From Catajapyx aquilonaris (Eukaryota): a stretch of DNA of 46,540 nt. Of the stretch, positions 24,661-35,451 are shown in pieces. The position numbers were made by a program, and so were the translations under genes. The first letter of the stretch is position 1, and the number at the start of each line of letters is the position of its first letter. The stretch is taken from contig KZ538810.1 of NCBI GenBank assembly GCA_000934665.2, positions 1-46,540 on the forward strand, in the 5' to 3' direction. Below the pieces are notes generated by a model, which was not told the origin of the DNA, did no database searches, and saw only the letters and a program-made list of their open reading frames with translations.

Positions 24661-25254
24661 CTCTTCCCCGCCCAATTAATATAGTTCATTTGAACAAAAT
24701 GTGTCGTACAGAGGCATGGCTCCAAAAACACATTGTTGCATGGAGTATGAAGGTAGCAAGATGGCCATCCACAAATAACTTTAATGCTTCCAAAATTTTG
24801 TGGGGCCAAATTGACAAAAAAAAAAAAAATGCTAAAAATCAGATTTTATTTAGGCTACCAACCTGAGCATTATCACATAGGCACATAAGCACATACCACA
24901 GGTTTTGAACATAGATCCGCACCATCCTACTTCACATTCGGCCCTTTGATGAAGAAACCAAATTCCGAATAGTTATTGAACAAAAAAAATAGAAACGTAT
25001 TTTCTATTGGCTTTTAATTTTTTGCGGCGTTTTGAAGAGGAATTGGGTTTAGCTGCAAATGGTATAGGAATGCACTTCACGACGGTAGGCATCCGTGCTC
25101 AAAATGTGGAGGCTCTACATGCAGCTGAATTTGAGTTAGGGCGAATCAAAAAGGCGTAACAAGAACAACAAGAAGAAGTTTAAAAAATTCTTTGTTGGAA
25201 ATATTGTTGTACTGTCTTACTTAGGGGCTGCCGCCCCTAAAATACCTTTTGAGG

Positions 25255-25595
25255 GAGGTCTAATCCAGCAGTTGAGCCCACCCGTTGCCAGATTGGGCAC
25301 ACAGGCAAGCATGGACAGTTGTAGGGTAAAGCGGACAGTCTCCCTTTTCTAAATAGCAGCCAAATATTTCACAAAGAAATCCTGTATGGATTCACATCAG
25401 TTTTCAAATCATGGGATTGCAACAGTTTTTTTTTCTTCTGGCACACCTCACATGTCAATGGTTTTTCTCCTGTATGAGTTTTCATGTGCTTTTTCAAATA
25501 ATTATGTGAATTTATTACATTTTTCTGGCCCACCTCACAAGTGAATAAGTTTTCTCCTGTATGAATTCGTATGTGCCTCTTCAAATGACATGAAT
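25255..25595 (-). pseudogene. Unit B remnant: degenerate last zinc fingers plus 3' flank
   Basis: SCHLKRHIRIHTGENLFTCEVGQK..HMKTHTGEKPLTCEVCQ, with a lost Cys and a frameshift. 25255..25400 matches the unit A 3' flank at 20925..21075. Confidence 0.85.
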
Positions 25596-25636
25596 GACCA
25601 AAACATTTTCATTTCATCCTTTCAAGACATGTACTA

Positions 25637-26074
25637 TTAACAGTGGAACATCTGGAAACAATTGCGACCCTTTTGTAGGCACAGGTACGCCTGGCACTTC
25701 TGGCACGATACATACGACTTCCCAGAGCAGTTCCTGCACCGGTTGCGATTTGCATTCCACACTGGCATGTGCCCCACACCATCTTTATCAATGTCCTTCA
25801 CTGGAACAGTTGACATCCGCTGCTTCTTCACACCTTTTCTCTCATTCACTGACGGCCTACCCATCTTCTTTTGCTTGCCAGCCAGGATGAGGCAACTTGA
25901 CACCTCCCACTGGAACTGCCTTAGGGACATGTTCTTTTCTTGCAGTTGGAGGCAGTTCCTATGATATAGCAGCCACGCATTCACCAGGGCCATTGTGACT
26001 GTGTTCTCCAGCCACGGCCGCACCTTCCACAGCCGGTCACGTGCCATCTCTGCTTCTGTTACACAGTAGTTGTC
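25637..26074 (-). mobile_element. piggyBac transposase, C-terminal part (PGBD-like, catalytic core deleted)
   Basis: DRLWKVRPWLE joins directly to TVTMALVNAWLLY..SLRQF, followed by the Cys-rich tail DGVGHMP..RNRCRNC..YVSCQKCQAYLCLQKGRNCFQMFH. Confidence 0.9.
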
Positions 26075-28974
26075 AGTCGACAAGGCGGTCAACAGAGAGG
26101 GGGAGATGTTATTGGATACATGGTCAGTGTGGGGTATGCTGGTGATAAATGGAAGGACGGAGAGCGACAGGGATGGGGCTTTAACGTTCATTGGTCCACA
26201 AGGGAAATCTGTAATTGATTATGCAGTGGTGGACGAGGATGGATGGAGCGAAATCAAAGACATGAAAGTGGGAACGAGGATTGAGTCGGACCATCAGCCT
26301 CTGGAGGTGACAATCAGGGACGGGGGAACAAAGGAAGCGGTGGTACAGGAGACGAGAGATGAGGGAGAAAGATACAGATGGATAGAGGGGAAAGGAGACG
26401 AGTACAGGGAGAGGCTGCGAGAGGGAAACGTGGGAAGGGTACAGGAGGACACAGTCGACGACATGGACATAGGGTTACACAAATGGGTAGAACGGGCAGC
26501 TGTGGGGATAAGATTCAAAAGACGAAAAGAAAAAAAGAGAAGAGCGGATTGGTTTGACAGAGACTGTAAAACTAAAAGGGAAATGGTTTGGAGAAGTCTT
26601 AGGGTGTATAAAAAGGAGGGGAAAGAAAGAGACAGACTTGAGTATGTTAAAAGAAAGAAAGAGTATGGCAAATTATGCATGGAGAAGAAAAATGAACACG
26701 TGAATAAAATGGTGGACGATTGGAAAAAAGTAAAAACAGAGGGGGAAATGTGGGAAAAATTGAGGGGAAAGACGAAGTATAGGGAATCAGCACCTAAGTC
26801 AATACCGGAAAGGGAATGGAGGGATCATTTTGTTGGGTTACTGGGGGGGCATAGGGAAAAAAGGGTAGTAAAGTTCGGGGAAGGTGGGGAGGAAGAGGCA
26901 GGCCAGCACTGGGATAGGGAAATATCGAAGAAGGAGATTGCAGATTGCATCAGGAGGCTAAAAAGGAGGAAGGCTCCTGGAACAGATGGATTACCAAACG
27001 AATTTCTAAGAGAAGGGGGGGAAGTGATGGTGGAGGAGATATGGAACTTGTTCCGAAAGGTGTGGGAAAAAGAGATGATACCGGAGCAGTGGAAGGAGGC
27101 ACAAATCTATCCTATTCATAAGAGTGGTTCAAGGGAGGAAGTAAAAAATTACAGGGGGGTGGCACTGCTAAACGGGGTTTACAAGATTTGGGCCATGATT
27201 ATAGAGGCGAGGATAAGGGTATGGGCAGAAAGGGAGGGCATATTACATGAGGGACAGGCTGGTTTTCGGAGAGGGAGGAGCACAAGTGACAATATATTTA
27301 TATTAAATGCACTGGTACAGCACAGGCTGGGGAGGAAGAGGGGGAAAATGTACGCCATGTTCGTAGACCTCAAATCCGCATTTGATAAAGTGAATCGCGT
27401 AAAGCTAATGACGAAATTATGGCACCTTGGAGTAAAAGGGAAAGTGTGGAGGCTGCTGTGCAAAATGTATGAAGAAAGCGTTAATACAATGGGAACAGGC
27501 GGGGAGAGATTTTGGACAACGAATGGAGTGAGGCAGGGGTGCCCACTGAGCCCATTGCTATTCATAATGTATGTAAATGATTGGTTGAACATGTTGCAGG
27601 AGGAAAATTCAGGGGGGGTCAGGCTAGGAAGGGAAAAGGTGTGGGGGCTGATGTTTGCGGACGATATGGTGGTGGTGGCAGAAGAAAGAGAACAGTTAAG
27701 TGTTATGGTGAAACAGATAGAAGCCTATTTGAAGAAAAACGATTTAGAGTTGAATGTGGGAAAGACGAAAATCATGGTATTTAGGAATGGAGGGAAAAGG
27801 TCCAAAAGGGACGGATGGTTTTGGAAAGGGGAAGAGATAGAAGTGGTCAACAAATACAAATACTTAGGATATTGGTTTACAACAAAGGGGGGGATTCAGG
27901 AACATATCAAGGCACAAAGACAGAAAGCATGGAGAGGGTTGCACAGGGTCAGGAGGATATGCAGGCAACAAAAAATTGAACAGTGGGGTTTGGTAAAGGC
28001 CTTATATGGAAGCATGGTGAGAACAATAATACTGCAGGGAGCCGAGGTGTGGGCGTGGAAGGTGGGACGAGCGATGGAGTGTGTGCAGTTGGGGTTCCTC
28101 AAGAGGTGGCTCGGAGTGGCCCAGAATACTCCGGGGTACATTGTGCTGACAGAGACAGGGATGATGGAGGTGGAAGTGGCGGCATTAGAAAGGGCAGTTA
28201 GGTGGATCATGAAGATGGAAAGGTTAGGGGAAGACAGACTGTTGCGAAGGATATGGGATGAGATGAAGAAGGAAAGGGAGGGAGGTGGTAAAAATGGCTG
28301 GTGGGAAGACGTGAGGAAGAAGGAATAAGAATGGGGGGTGGAGGATGACGAGGAGTGGCAAAGGCAAACTTGGGAAGAACGATGGGACTCGTGGGGGAAG
28401 GAACTGAGGGAGAGGATGATCAAGGAGAGGGAGGAGAGAATTGCCAACACGACCAACTGGCCCGACTATAAATTTGTAATGATAGAGAGAGAAGAAGACC
28501 AGTATCTGAACAGAGAAAATATAAAATTTTTGAAGGTGTTGGCGAAACTAAGATGTGGGACACTGTGCAGGGCTAGCTGGTCGTGGTTGTCGGAAACGGA
28601 GAGGAACTGTTTATTGTGTGGGGAGGGGGTTGAGAATATGGGGCATATTGTGAGGGACTGCAGGGTAATGATGGAGGAGAGGAGGAAATGGATACCGGCG
28701 GTGGAGGAGATGGAGAATGAAGAATTGTATAGCTTTCTAAAGAATGTAAAAAAAAGGGGTGGTCTGTGCAGGTATCTGTACGGGATGGTAAAAAAGAAAA
28801 GGGATGCAATTTTGGAGAGACAGGAGGAGGGAGGGGAGTGAAAATGGAATTGTGTAAATGTAAATGTATATGTATAATATGTAAACGTGTGAAGAAAGAG
28901 GTGAGTCGGCCAAGCGGCATGTGCTGCCGGCCGACAACGTATAAATAAAGCAAAACAAAACAACAAAACAAACA
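26075..28974 (+). mobile_element. 5'-truncated LINE (partial APE endonuclease, RT, CCHC), one in-frame stop
   Basis: Motifs SVIDY, SDHQP, KAPGTDG, NYRGVALL, QAGFR, FVDLKSAFDKV, GVRQGCPLSPLLF, FADD, YKYLG and CLLC..H..DC. TAA at 28326..28328 with the same frame continuing to 28841. 14-bp TSD ACAC(A/T)GTAGTTGTC at 26061..26074 and 28975..28988. Clade not assigned. Confidence 0.97.
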
Positions 28975-28988
28975 ACACTGTAGTTGTC

Positions 28989-29603
28989 CGCAAAATGGAT
29001 CGAAGTCAAAACCTTTTCGAATCTGTTGCATGGCATTACGCTGTAGATGGGCTCGTATCCTAATCCATTCTCCCAATAGCTTCGTATACTTGGCATTTGA
29101 ACTAAACCCATTCGGAAATAAATTCCCAAAACAGATTCCAGCTCATCTTTGTTGATGTTCAGAGGCGAACTTTTCTCTTGCACACTGTACAGGTTTGTCT
29201 GTTGCACCACATCATCCAGCATCTCATCAGTAACATATGCCTTAAAATATTGATATGGTGTCAGAAGCTGGTCAGGTGGGGGATCTTCGATGCCAAGAAA
29301 AGGAGCATCTGGGCGCTGGAAAACACCTTTCTCCCACTCAAAATGTACAGGCCTCTCCACTCGTATCTGCGCATGTGCATGTGGCACGTTGTCTTCAGGA
29401 TCATCATTGTCGTCCTCACTCACAGTCTCTTCCTCTTCACCATCTCCATCTTGAAGCGCCTCATTCCGTAAGATAGTCGCAGCCTGTGTTACTTCATCCT
29501 CCTCCTCTTCGTTGTCAGATGACAGGCCCTCCAACTCACTGCAGTTGCCGTCCAGGATGTCCGCAATGTCATCAATAAGCAAAGGTTTCCTGTGGCGACT
29601 CAT
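28989..29603 (-). mobile_element. piggyBac transposase, N-terminal part
   Basis: Acidic N-terminus, then TPYQYF..QTNLYS..ELESVLGIYFRMGLVQMPSIRSYW..MPCNRFEKVLTSIHFADN. In frame with 25637..26074 once the LINE and one TSD copy are removed (350 aa). Preceded by TTTTAG|ATG. Confidence 0.92.
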
Positions 29604-29858
29604 CTAAAATTCAAAAATATAAATTCCAACATTAGTTCTGATTTCAAAGAAGGCAGCTTTTGGTGGCAGGGCCACCAGGCCACTTACAATTACTGCCCAG
29701 TGTGCCACATATGGGACATGATTATTGTGGAAATTTTTATGTGCACTTCGCTGCAGTTTTTTTTTTACCACGAAACTGTGATTAATGTGAAGAGTGTACG
29801 TTAAACTTACTGTGCACCCAAAAACTAAAGGCAGATTATCATAAAAATATACCAGTAA

Positions 29859-30354
29859 CTAGGAAAACCCTCACTCCACTCGCATTTTCCTAGGGCGCAG
29901 GCCTAGAAAATCACTCGCTTCGCTCGCTCTTTTCTAGGCCTGCGGCCTGCGGTGTAGGCCATGTTCTTAATGATGCCCATCCCGCAGTTCCAAAGCAGTC
30001 TGACCAATAATGCTAACGTTCCAATTTCGAACTTACATTTCTCCCCCAGTGCACACGGCCATTTTTCAATAAGCAGCGATCTGCAGCGAAGGGGGGACAG
30101 CAAGGGTGGGTGGGGAAGGGGAAAAGGTCTGGCGGGTGACGATGATGGCGGGAGAGGTCAACATGCAACTGAACGGGTCCCACCCCAATTGCGCATGCGG
30201 GGGCCAATCGGAGGCATCATGGTAACAATGCGTCTTGAATACGTCGCAGCAACAATGGACGGGGGCCAACAGGGAGAGGTGGCGGCAACAATACGGGGGC
30301 GGACCAATCAGAGGGCTTATACAAACACCGCAAGCATTTTAATATTATAGAAGA
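29859..30354 (-). mobile_element. Non-autonomous Helitron-like element
   Basis: Minus strand begins TCTTCTATAATATTAAAATG and ends with the hairpin GGAAAA..TTTTCC then CTAG|T. Contains GAGCGAGCGAAGCGAG. Homology to the unit A intron resumes at ~30365. Confidence 0.65.
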
Positions 30355-30607
30355 CTACTGCGTACATTCTTACTGCAAGCCATGTTTCTTCCCCCTTCCC
30401 GGAAATATTTCACTAATTTATTTATCGCGTTTTTACAATGGCCACGATGCTCCCTTTATAACGTCGACAGCTCTGATGTGTCAGGTCAGGCAACCATCTG
30501 TCGGATTGCACGCATTGTGTAAGTTCATGAAATAAATGGCTGCGGCACACGCTTAGTACAGCCACAACAGGTCTTGCTCATGTTACACGTGTTTGAAGAT
30601 GACATAC

Positions 30608-30853
30608 CCCACTAGTACTTCCAGAACCAACAGCTAAAGGGTCATCTTCAACCTCCCTAGTCATGGCCACCATCTCCTCCTCCTCCTGTGCTTCCTCCTT
30701 CTTGATCTCACGAATGGTGTCTTCCATGAGAGTGGAGCCACCATCAAAGCAAGAAGGGGTCTCCTCCTTCACCCTTAGCCTCCAAGTCTCCTCATCCACT
30801 GTGATGTCCTCCTCCTTCACTTCCTCCTTCTTTATCCTCACGACCAAAGACAT
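30608..30853 (-). pseudogene. Unit B acidic exon (82 codons, acceptor mutated)
   Basis: MSLVVRIKKEEVKEEDITVDEETWRLRVKEE..DPLAVGSGSTSG with intact donor GGG|GTATGT. The acceptor reads TTGCGG instead of TTGCAG. Confidence 0.75.
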
Positions 30854-31068
30854 GGTCCCGCAATGCAAGAGTACAGGTCATGTAGTCAATGTCAAGTGTA
30901 GTATCCCCAATCATGGTGGCTGAAGAGGAGCAGCATTCCTCTGGGGTTGTGGGCCTGGCCCCGGGGCAGAACTTGTCGGGAATTATTCTTTTTCTAAAGG
31001 AGTGACCCCCACCGAGGGGCCTGCCCGTCCCATATCCCTTCCACTCACCCTTCTCCTTCTTCTTCCAA

Positions 31069-31272
31069 CTATTGTTCCTCCCCTGCCACCTTCTTGATCT
31101 CGAGGAGAGTGTCTTGCATGAGCGTAGTAGACTCACTGTCCACCCGGTCCACCCATTCCGGGGTCTCCTCCTCTTTCATATTGGACTGCCAGGTCTCCTC
31201 CACTGTGACCATCCCACCATCTTCTTCCTCCTTCACTTCCCCTTCCTTCTTCATCTTCAGGATCAAAGACAT
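31069..31272 (-). pseudogene. Extra truncated acidic exon of unit B
   Basis: MSLILKMKKEGEVKEE..MQDTLLEIKK runs into exon-1-type sequence (AACAATAGTTGGAAGAAG, as at ~24420) and stops. Confidence 0.7.
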
Positions 31273-31317
31273 GGCCCTGCAAAACACAATGAGTGGAGGC
31301 CATGCAAAGGACACCAG

Positions 31318-31470
31318 TCGGCGGCGGCCATCTTTAATTTCTCTTTTCTTTCTTTTTTTTTATGCAAATGAGGGGTGCGTTCCTGTCGCCACACTAGAGT
31401 GAAGGACGGGCTAATCAGCTATTCCTTCAACGATCGCCGCTACTGGTGAAGAACTGCTATGCGCTAATAG
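31318..31470 (-). promoter_or_regulatory. Putative promoter block of unit B
   Basis: GGCGGCCATCTT, T-tract, ATGCAAAT at 31362 and GGGGTGCGTTCCTGTCGCC. Confidence 0.55.
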
Positions 31471-32062
31471 CAGCGAGAATGCGACTCGAACTTTCCTTTC
31501 TTATTCTTGCGCGTGTTCCCTCCTAGAGAGGCTCTCTAACAATGTCGGTGTCGCAGTGAAAATGGGGGCGAAGCTTCCATCTAAACACAGAGGCTAAACA
31601 CAGGCTTTTATTTGGGCTACCAACCTACACCTGAGCATAATCACATACCACATGCATATCATAATATCATGAAGCATTTTCCACCTGGGTGTTTTAACTG
31701 TGATTGGAAAATAAATGTGCAACACGCAGGTTTTTAACTTCCATAATATGAAATGCATGTTAAGATTTTCTTGATTCCCCATAGAAGCATAAGGACCACG
31801 GTGAAACTTGTATCCAATTACAATGCATTAAATAAACCTTCTCTTAATTAAGGACACATTTTCATTTTGAAAGGGTACTTGAAAACGACCATGACAAATT
31901 GTCCATACAAATTATTGCAACCCCTTGAACCAAGAGTTGTAAGATCCTGGAGAGCTTGACATGCCTAGTTACTGACACAAGACCAATGGGGGGGTCAATT
32001 AGCCATTGGTCCATCAGTTAGTGAAAACGCTAAGCAGCTTACCAAAAAGTTTGTTACGCTAA

Positions 32063-32917
32063 TTAGCGGTTAGCAGAACCCTGCCCACCATTGTGAATTC
32101 GCATGTGACTTTTCCAATTTCTCGCATCACTGAAGTTTTTCTGGCAGACCTCACAAGTAAATGGTTTTTCTCCTGCATGAATTTGCATGTGCGTTTTCAA
32201 ATTACTTGACTGGGTGAATTTTTTTTGACACACCTCACAAGTAAATGGTTTGTCTCCTGTATGAATTAGCATGTGAGTGTTCAAATTACTTGACTGGCTG
32301 AATTGTTTTTGACACACCTCGCAAGTAAATGGTTTATCCCCTGTGTGAATTAGCATGTGTTTTTTCAAATCACATAGGTGAATAAAATTTTTCTGACACA
32401 CCTTACAGCTATATGGTTTTTCTCCTGTATGAATGTGCATGTGAGTTTTCAAATTACTTGACTGGGTGAATTTTTTTTGACAGACCTCACAAGTAAATGG
32501 TTTATCCCCTGTGTGAATTAGCATGTGAGTGTTCAAATTACTTGACTGGGTGAATTTTTTTTGACACACCTCGCAAGTAAATGGTTTATCCCCTGTGTGA
32601 ATTAGCATGTGTTTTTTCAAATCACATAGGCGAATAATATTTTTCTGACACACCTTACAGCTATATGGTTTTTCTCCTGTATGAATTCGCATGTGAGTTT
32701 CCAAAGTCCTTGAACGAGTAAATTTTTTCTGGCAAATCTGGCACCAATTTCTTTCACTATGGATATTTATCATATGAATATTCAAATCATCCTGAGTACC
32801 AAATAATTTCTGGCATGTTGTGCACTCAAGTGGATTTCTTCCATCACATATTCCCCAGCTCCTTTCCTCTTGGATCCCATTCTCCTCTTTTCTGCCTTCA
32901 GTTCTCCCTTGCACAAC
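32063..32917 (-). CDS. Unit C zinc-finger exon: 9 C2H2 fingers
   Basis: 283-aa ORF. Acceptor TTCCAG|GTT at 32918, phase 0; joins 35029..35451 to give ~425 aa. Fingers 3-5 are duplicated as fingers 6-8. Confidence 0.88.
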   Translation of the reverse strand, partial: VVQGRTEGRKEENGIQEERSWGICDGRNPLECTTCQKLFGTQDDLNIHMINIHSERNWCQICQKKFTRSRTLETHMRIHTGEKPYSCKVCQKNIIRLCDLKKHMLIHTGDKPFTCEVCQKKFTQSSNLNTHMLIHTGDKPFTCEVCQKKFTQSSNLKTHMHIHTGEKPYSCKVCQKNFIHLCDLKKHMLIHTGDKPFTCEVCQKQFSQSSNLNTHMLIHTGDKPFTCEVCQKKFTQSSNLKTHMQIHAGEKPFTCEVCQKNFSDARNWKSHMRIHNGGQGSANR

Positions 32918-33040
32918 CTGGAAATTGAATTACAGTATCATCAAATTTACATTTTGGGGTACGGAAAGCATATACTTGTGTCGCCGTATCCTCTCTTTCT
33001 GCTTATAATATGTCCGTCAACACTCATCGTCTGAGTAGTA

Positions 33041-33624
33041 CAGGGGCGTTAGGAAAGTCTTTACACTATTTTTTTTTCGCCAAAAGTACAGGGTCCTTGC
33101 AGGTCGGCAGATGGGCACACATAATCGATAGAACCCTCCTAGAGCCGAATGCACTGGCACCATGTGTGTGACAACCACTCCAGGCCCTTCAGGAACCACT
33201 TTATTGCGGTGTGATGCACCTACTCCCAGACAACTGCTTATAATTAACAATAACAACTGTCAACAATGTCCTCGAAATGGAATCGGATACACGACTTGTT
33301 CATGGATCTGGGTTTGAGTATTCCACACCCGCCGGAATCCACCCATACCGCACCCAGTAACTTTATTCTGTTCGCATTCCTGAAAATACCCCTTAGCCGA
33401 TGCCATTTCGAGGACATTGTTGAACAGTAAGCAGTTGTCCAGGAGTGGGTCGCCTCCCCACCAAAAAGGGGTTACCGGAGGGCCTGGACTGGTTGCCACA
33501 CATGTGGTGCCAGTGCTTCAATAGGACTCTATCAATAATGTGTGCCAATCTGCTGACCTGCACGGGCCCTGTATTTGTGACAAAAAATAAATAAAGTGCA
33601 AAGACTCTTTCCTTACGCCCCTCG
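33041..33624. mobile_element. Mariner-type MITE with long diverged TIRs and TA TSD
   Basis: TA|CAGGGGCGTTAGGAAAGTCTTT ... AAAGACTCTTTCCTTACGCCCCTCG|TA; arms pair for ~250 bp. The left end is also present at ~40903..41005. Confidence 0.8.
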
Positions 33625-34233
33625 TAGTTACCGCAGATTGTCATTATCCCCGTTCAGCAATTAGAGGACATATCAATTATAGTGGTCAGAGAGGGTGTGA
33701 CCCACTTCAATGGAGGCGAGACACACGCTTGTTATAGCGCCCTGGTGGGTTTTGTCTGAGCAGTGACTCATCACCAACGTGCATGTAGTACTACCTGTGG
33801 GTTGTTGGTGTAATGGATGAGAAATAACATGGTGACCATGTGTCAAGGGTGACAGGTCCAGGGCGTGTCAGGCACTGACTCTCAAGTCACGCAGTGTGAC
33901 AATGTAGGTGAATAAGACGTGAGTAAGGGATACAATAAAAAGGGGGATCCGAAGAGGCAGAGGAGGAGAGAGAGGCAGAGGCCGACATAGGCAGAACAGA
34001 CGAGAGATAGGAGACACAAGAGTCCAAGACACACACAAGAGCCAGAGAAGACAAGGGCCCATGTAGGGCCAGACAAGGAGGCAGAGAAGGACGGGACCCA
34101 GAAGCTCGGAGAATACTGGGGCCAGGCGGCGACCCTCAAGCAAAGACAATTGAGTGGTCCCGAAGGACCATGTGTGATTGTGATGTGTATGGCTGTCGAG
34201 CCTTGCTATTGTTACATCCAGAGGACAAATTAA

Positions 34234-34703
34234 CCCTTAACTACGTAGGTGGGTGAAACACCTTTAACTACGTAGGTGGAGCCTGAGAGGCTCCAACGGT
34301 CTATTTAAATTTCTGCTTATCAACTAAATTGTTACATTGGACTTTTCACATACAGAAAGTGCAGTTCAGATCATTAGGCTTCCGAAAACGTAAAAATCAC
34401 ACGCTGAGTCAGCATATTCTGACAGGGAAAAATTCTTAATTAAAAGGTTACATCAACAACTTTGAGCCGCTCTGGCTTCACCTGCATAGGGATAGCCTGA
34501 GTGGTTAGAGGGACCTGTTCCTCGTTACGAATTTTTTTAAACCAAAGAATAGGAACTAAAAAAAAATTTCTTTCCTTTTCATGCTTAGGAAGGTTTTTCT
34601 GACAAAGTCACGGAAGGAGAGTGGAAAATAAAATTCAATGAAAAAGTTACATGCGTTTAAATAGTGCTTGGAGCCTCTCAGGCTCCACCTACGTAGTTAA
34701 GGG
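34234..34703. mobile_element. Non-autonomous piggyBac MITE (470 bp)
   Basis: TTAA|CCCTTAACTACGTAGGTGG ... CCACCTACGTAGTTAAGGG|TTAA: perfect 19-bp TIR, TTAA TSD, and an asymmetric internal repeat at 34261..34296. Confidence 0.95.
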
Positions 34704-35028
34704 TTAAAGGACATGTAAGAGCAACCTCCCCAATGTCCCAAAGTCCTTTTCGCCTCCTGCAGCCAAGGATGACCTCGGAGGTCAATTCCAATGTGCTTAT
34801 GACCATCCCAGTAAAAAACTACCCCTAATCATTCCCCTGGGGTATATGTCGAGGCCTCCGTATGGATTTGAATAGGGATCAGACAGACAGACGTACCTCG
34901 AGAAATATGTATTCGATAATAAACTGTAGTGGCGGACTCGTTGCTCGGCCCACCCCTTAACTTGGATGTAGTACTGGCGCACAGGCTGTCCCTCTGCACA
35001 CTATTGCCATGCTTATATGATTACATAC

Positions 35029-35451
35029 CTCACTAGTCCTTCCAACTCCCAAAGGGTCTCCTTCATCTTCAACCACCCCAGACATGTCCACCACCATCTC
35101 CTCCTCCGCTTCCTCTTTCTTGACCTCACGAAGCCTGTCTTCCATGAGCGTAGAATCATTGCCCAACCATGGTGGTGGTTCCTTCTTCACCCACAACATC
35201 CGCGTCTCCTCTGTTGTGATGTCATCCTCATCGTCATCTCCTTCCTCCTCCTTCCCTTCCTCCTTCTTGATCTCGAGGAGAGTGTCTTCCATGAGCGCAG
35301 TAGAGTCTTTGTCCAACCATGGCGGTGGTGCTTCCTCCTCCTCCTTCACCCGCAGCCTCCAACTCTCCTCGTCCACTGTGATGTCCTCCTCCTCGTCCTC
35401 TTCCTCCTCCTTCACTTCCCCTTCCTTCTTTACCTTCAGGATCAAAGACAT
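35029..35451 (-). CDS. Unit C acidic N-terminal exon (141 codons, module duplicated)
   Basis: TTGCAG|GACCATG; two copies of DIT..W/LxVK[E/K]E..PPPWL..ST.LMED.L.E[I/V]KKEE; donor GAG|GTATGT, phase 0. Confidence 0.85.

Noticed and set aside
28737..28988. C-terminal ~80 aa of the 288-aa ORF at 28737..29603
   Set aside because: Read-through into antisense LINE sequence, not part of the transposase.
29604..29858. Expected piggyBac left TIR
   Set aside because: Only a subterminal-like TGTGCCACATATGGGACA (~29701) was found, with no GGG|TTAA end, so element boundaries were not called.
33730..34985. LTR-like purine-rich segment in the unit C intron (similar character at ~2400..2800)
   Set aside because: No convincing TG..CA ends or TSD could be identified.
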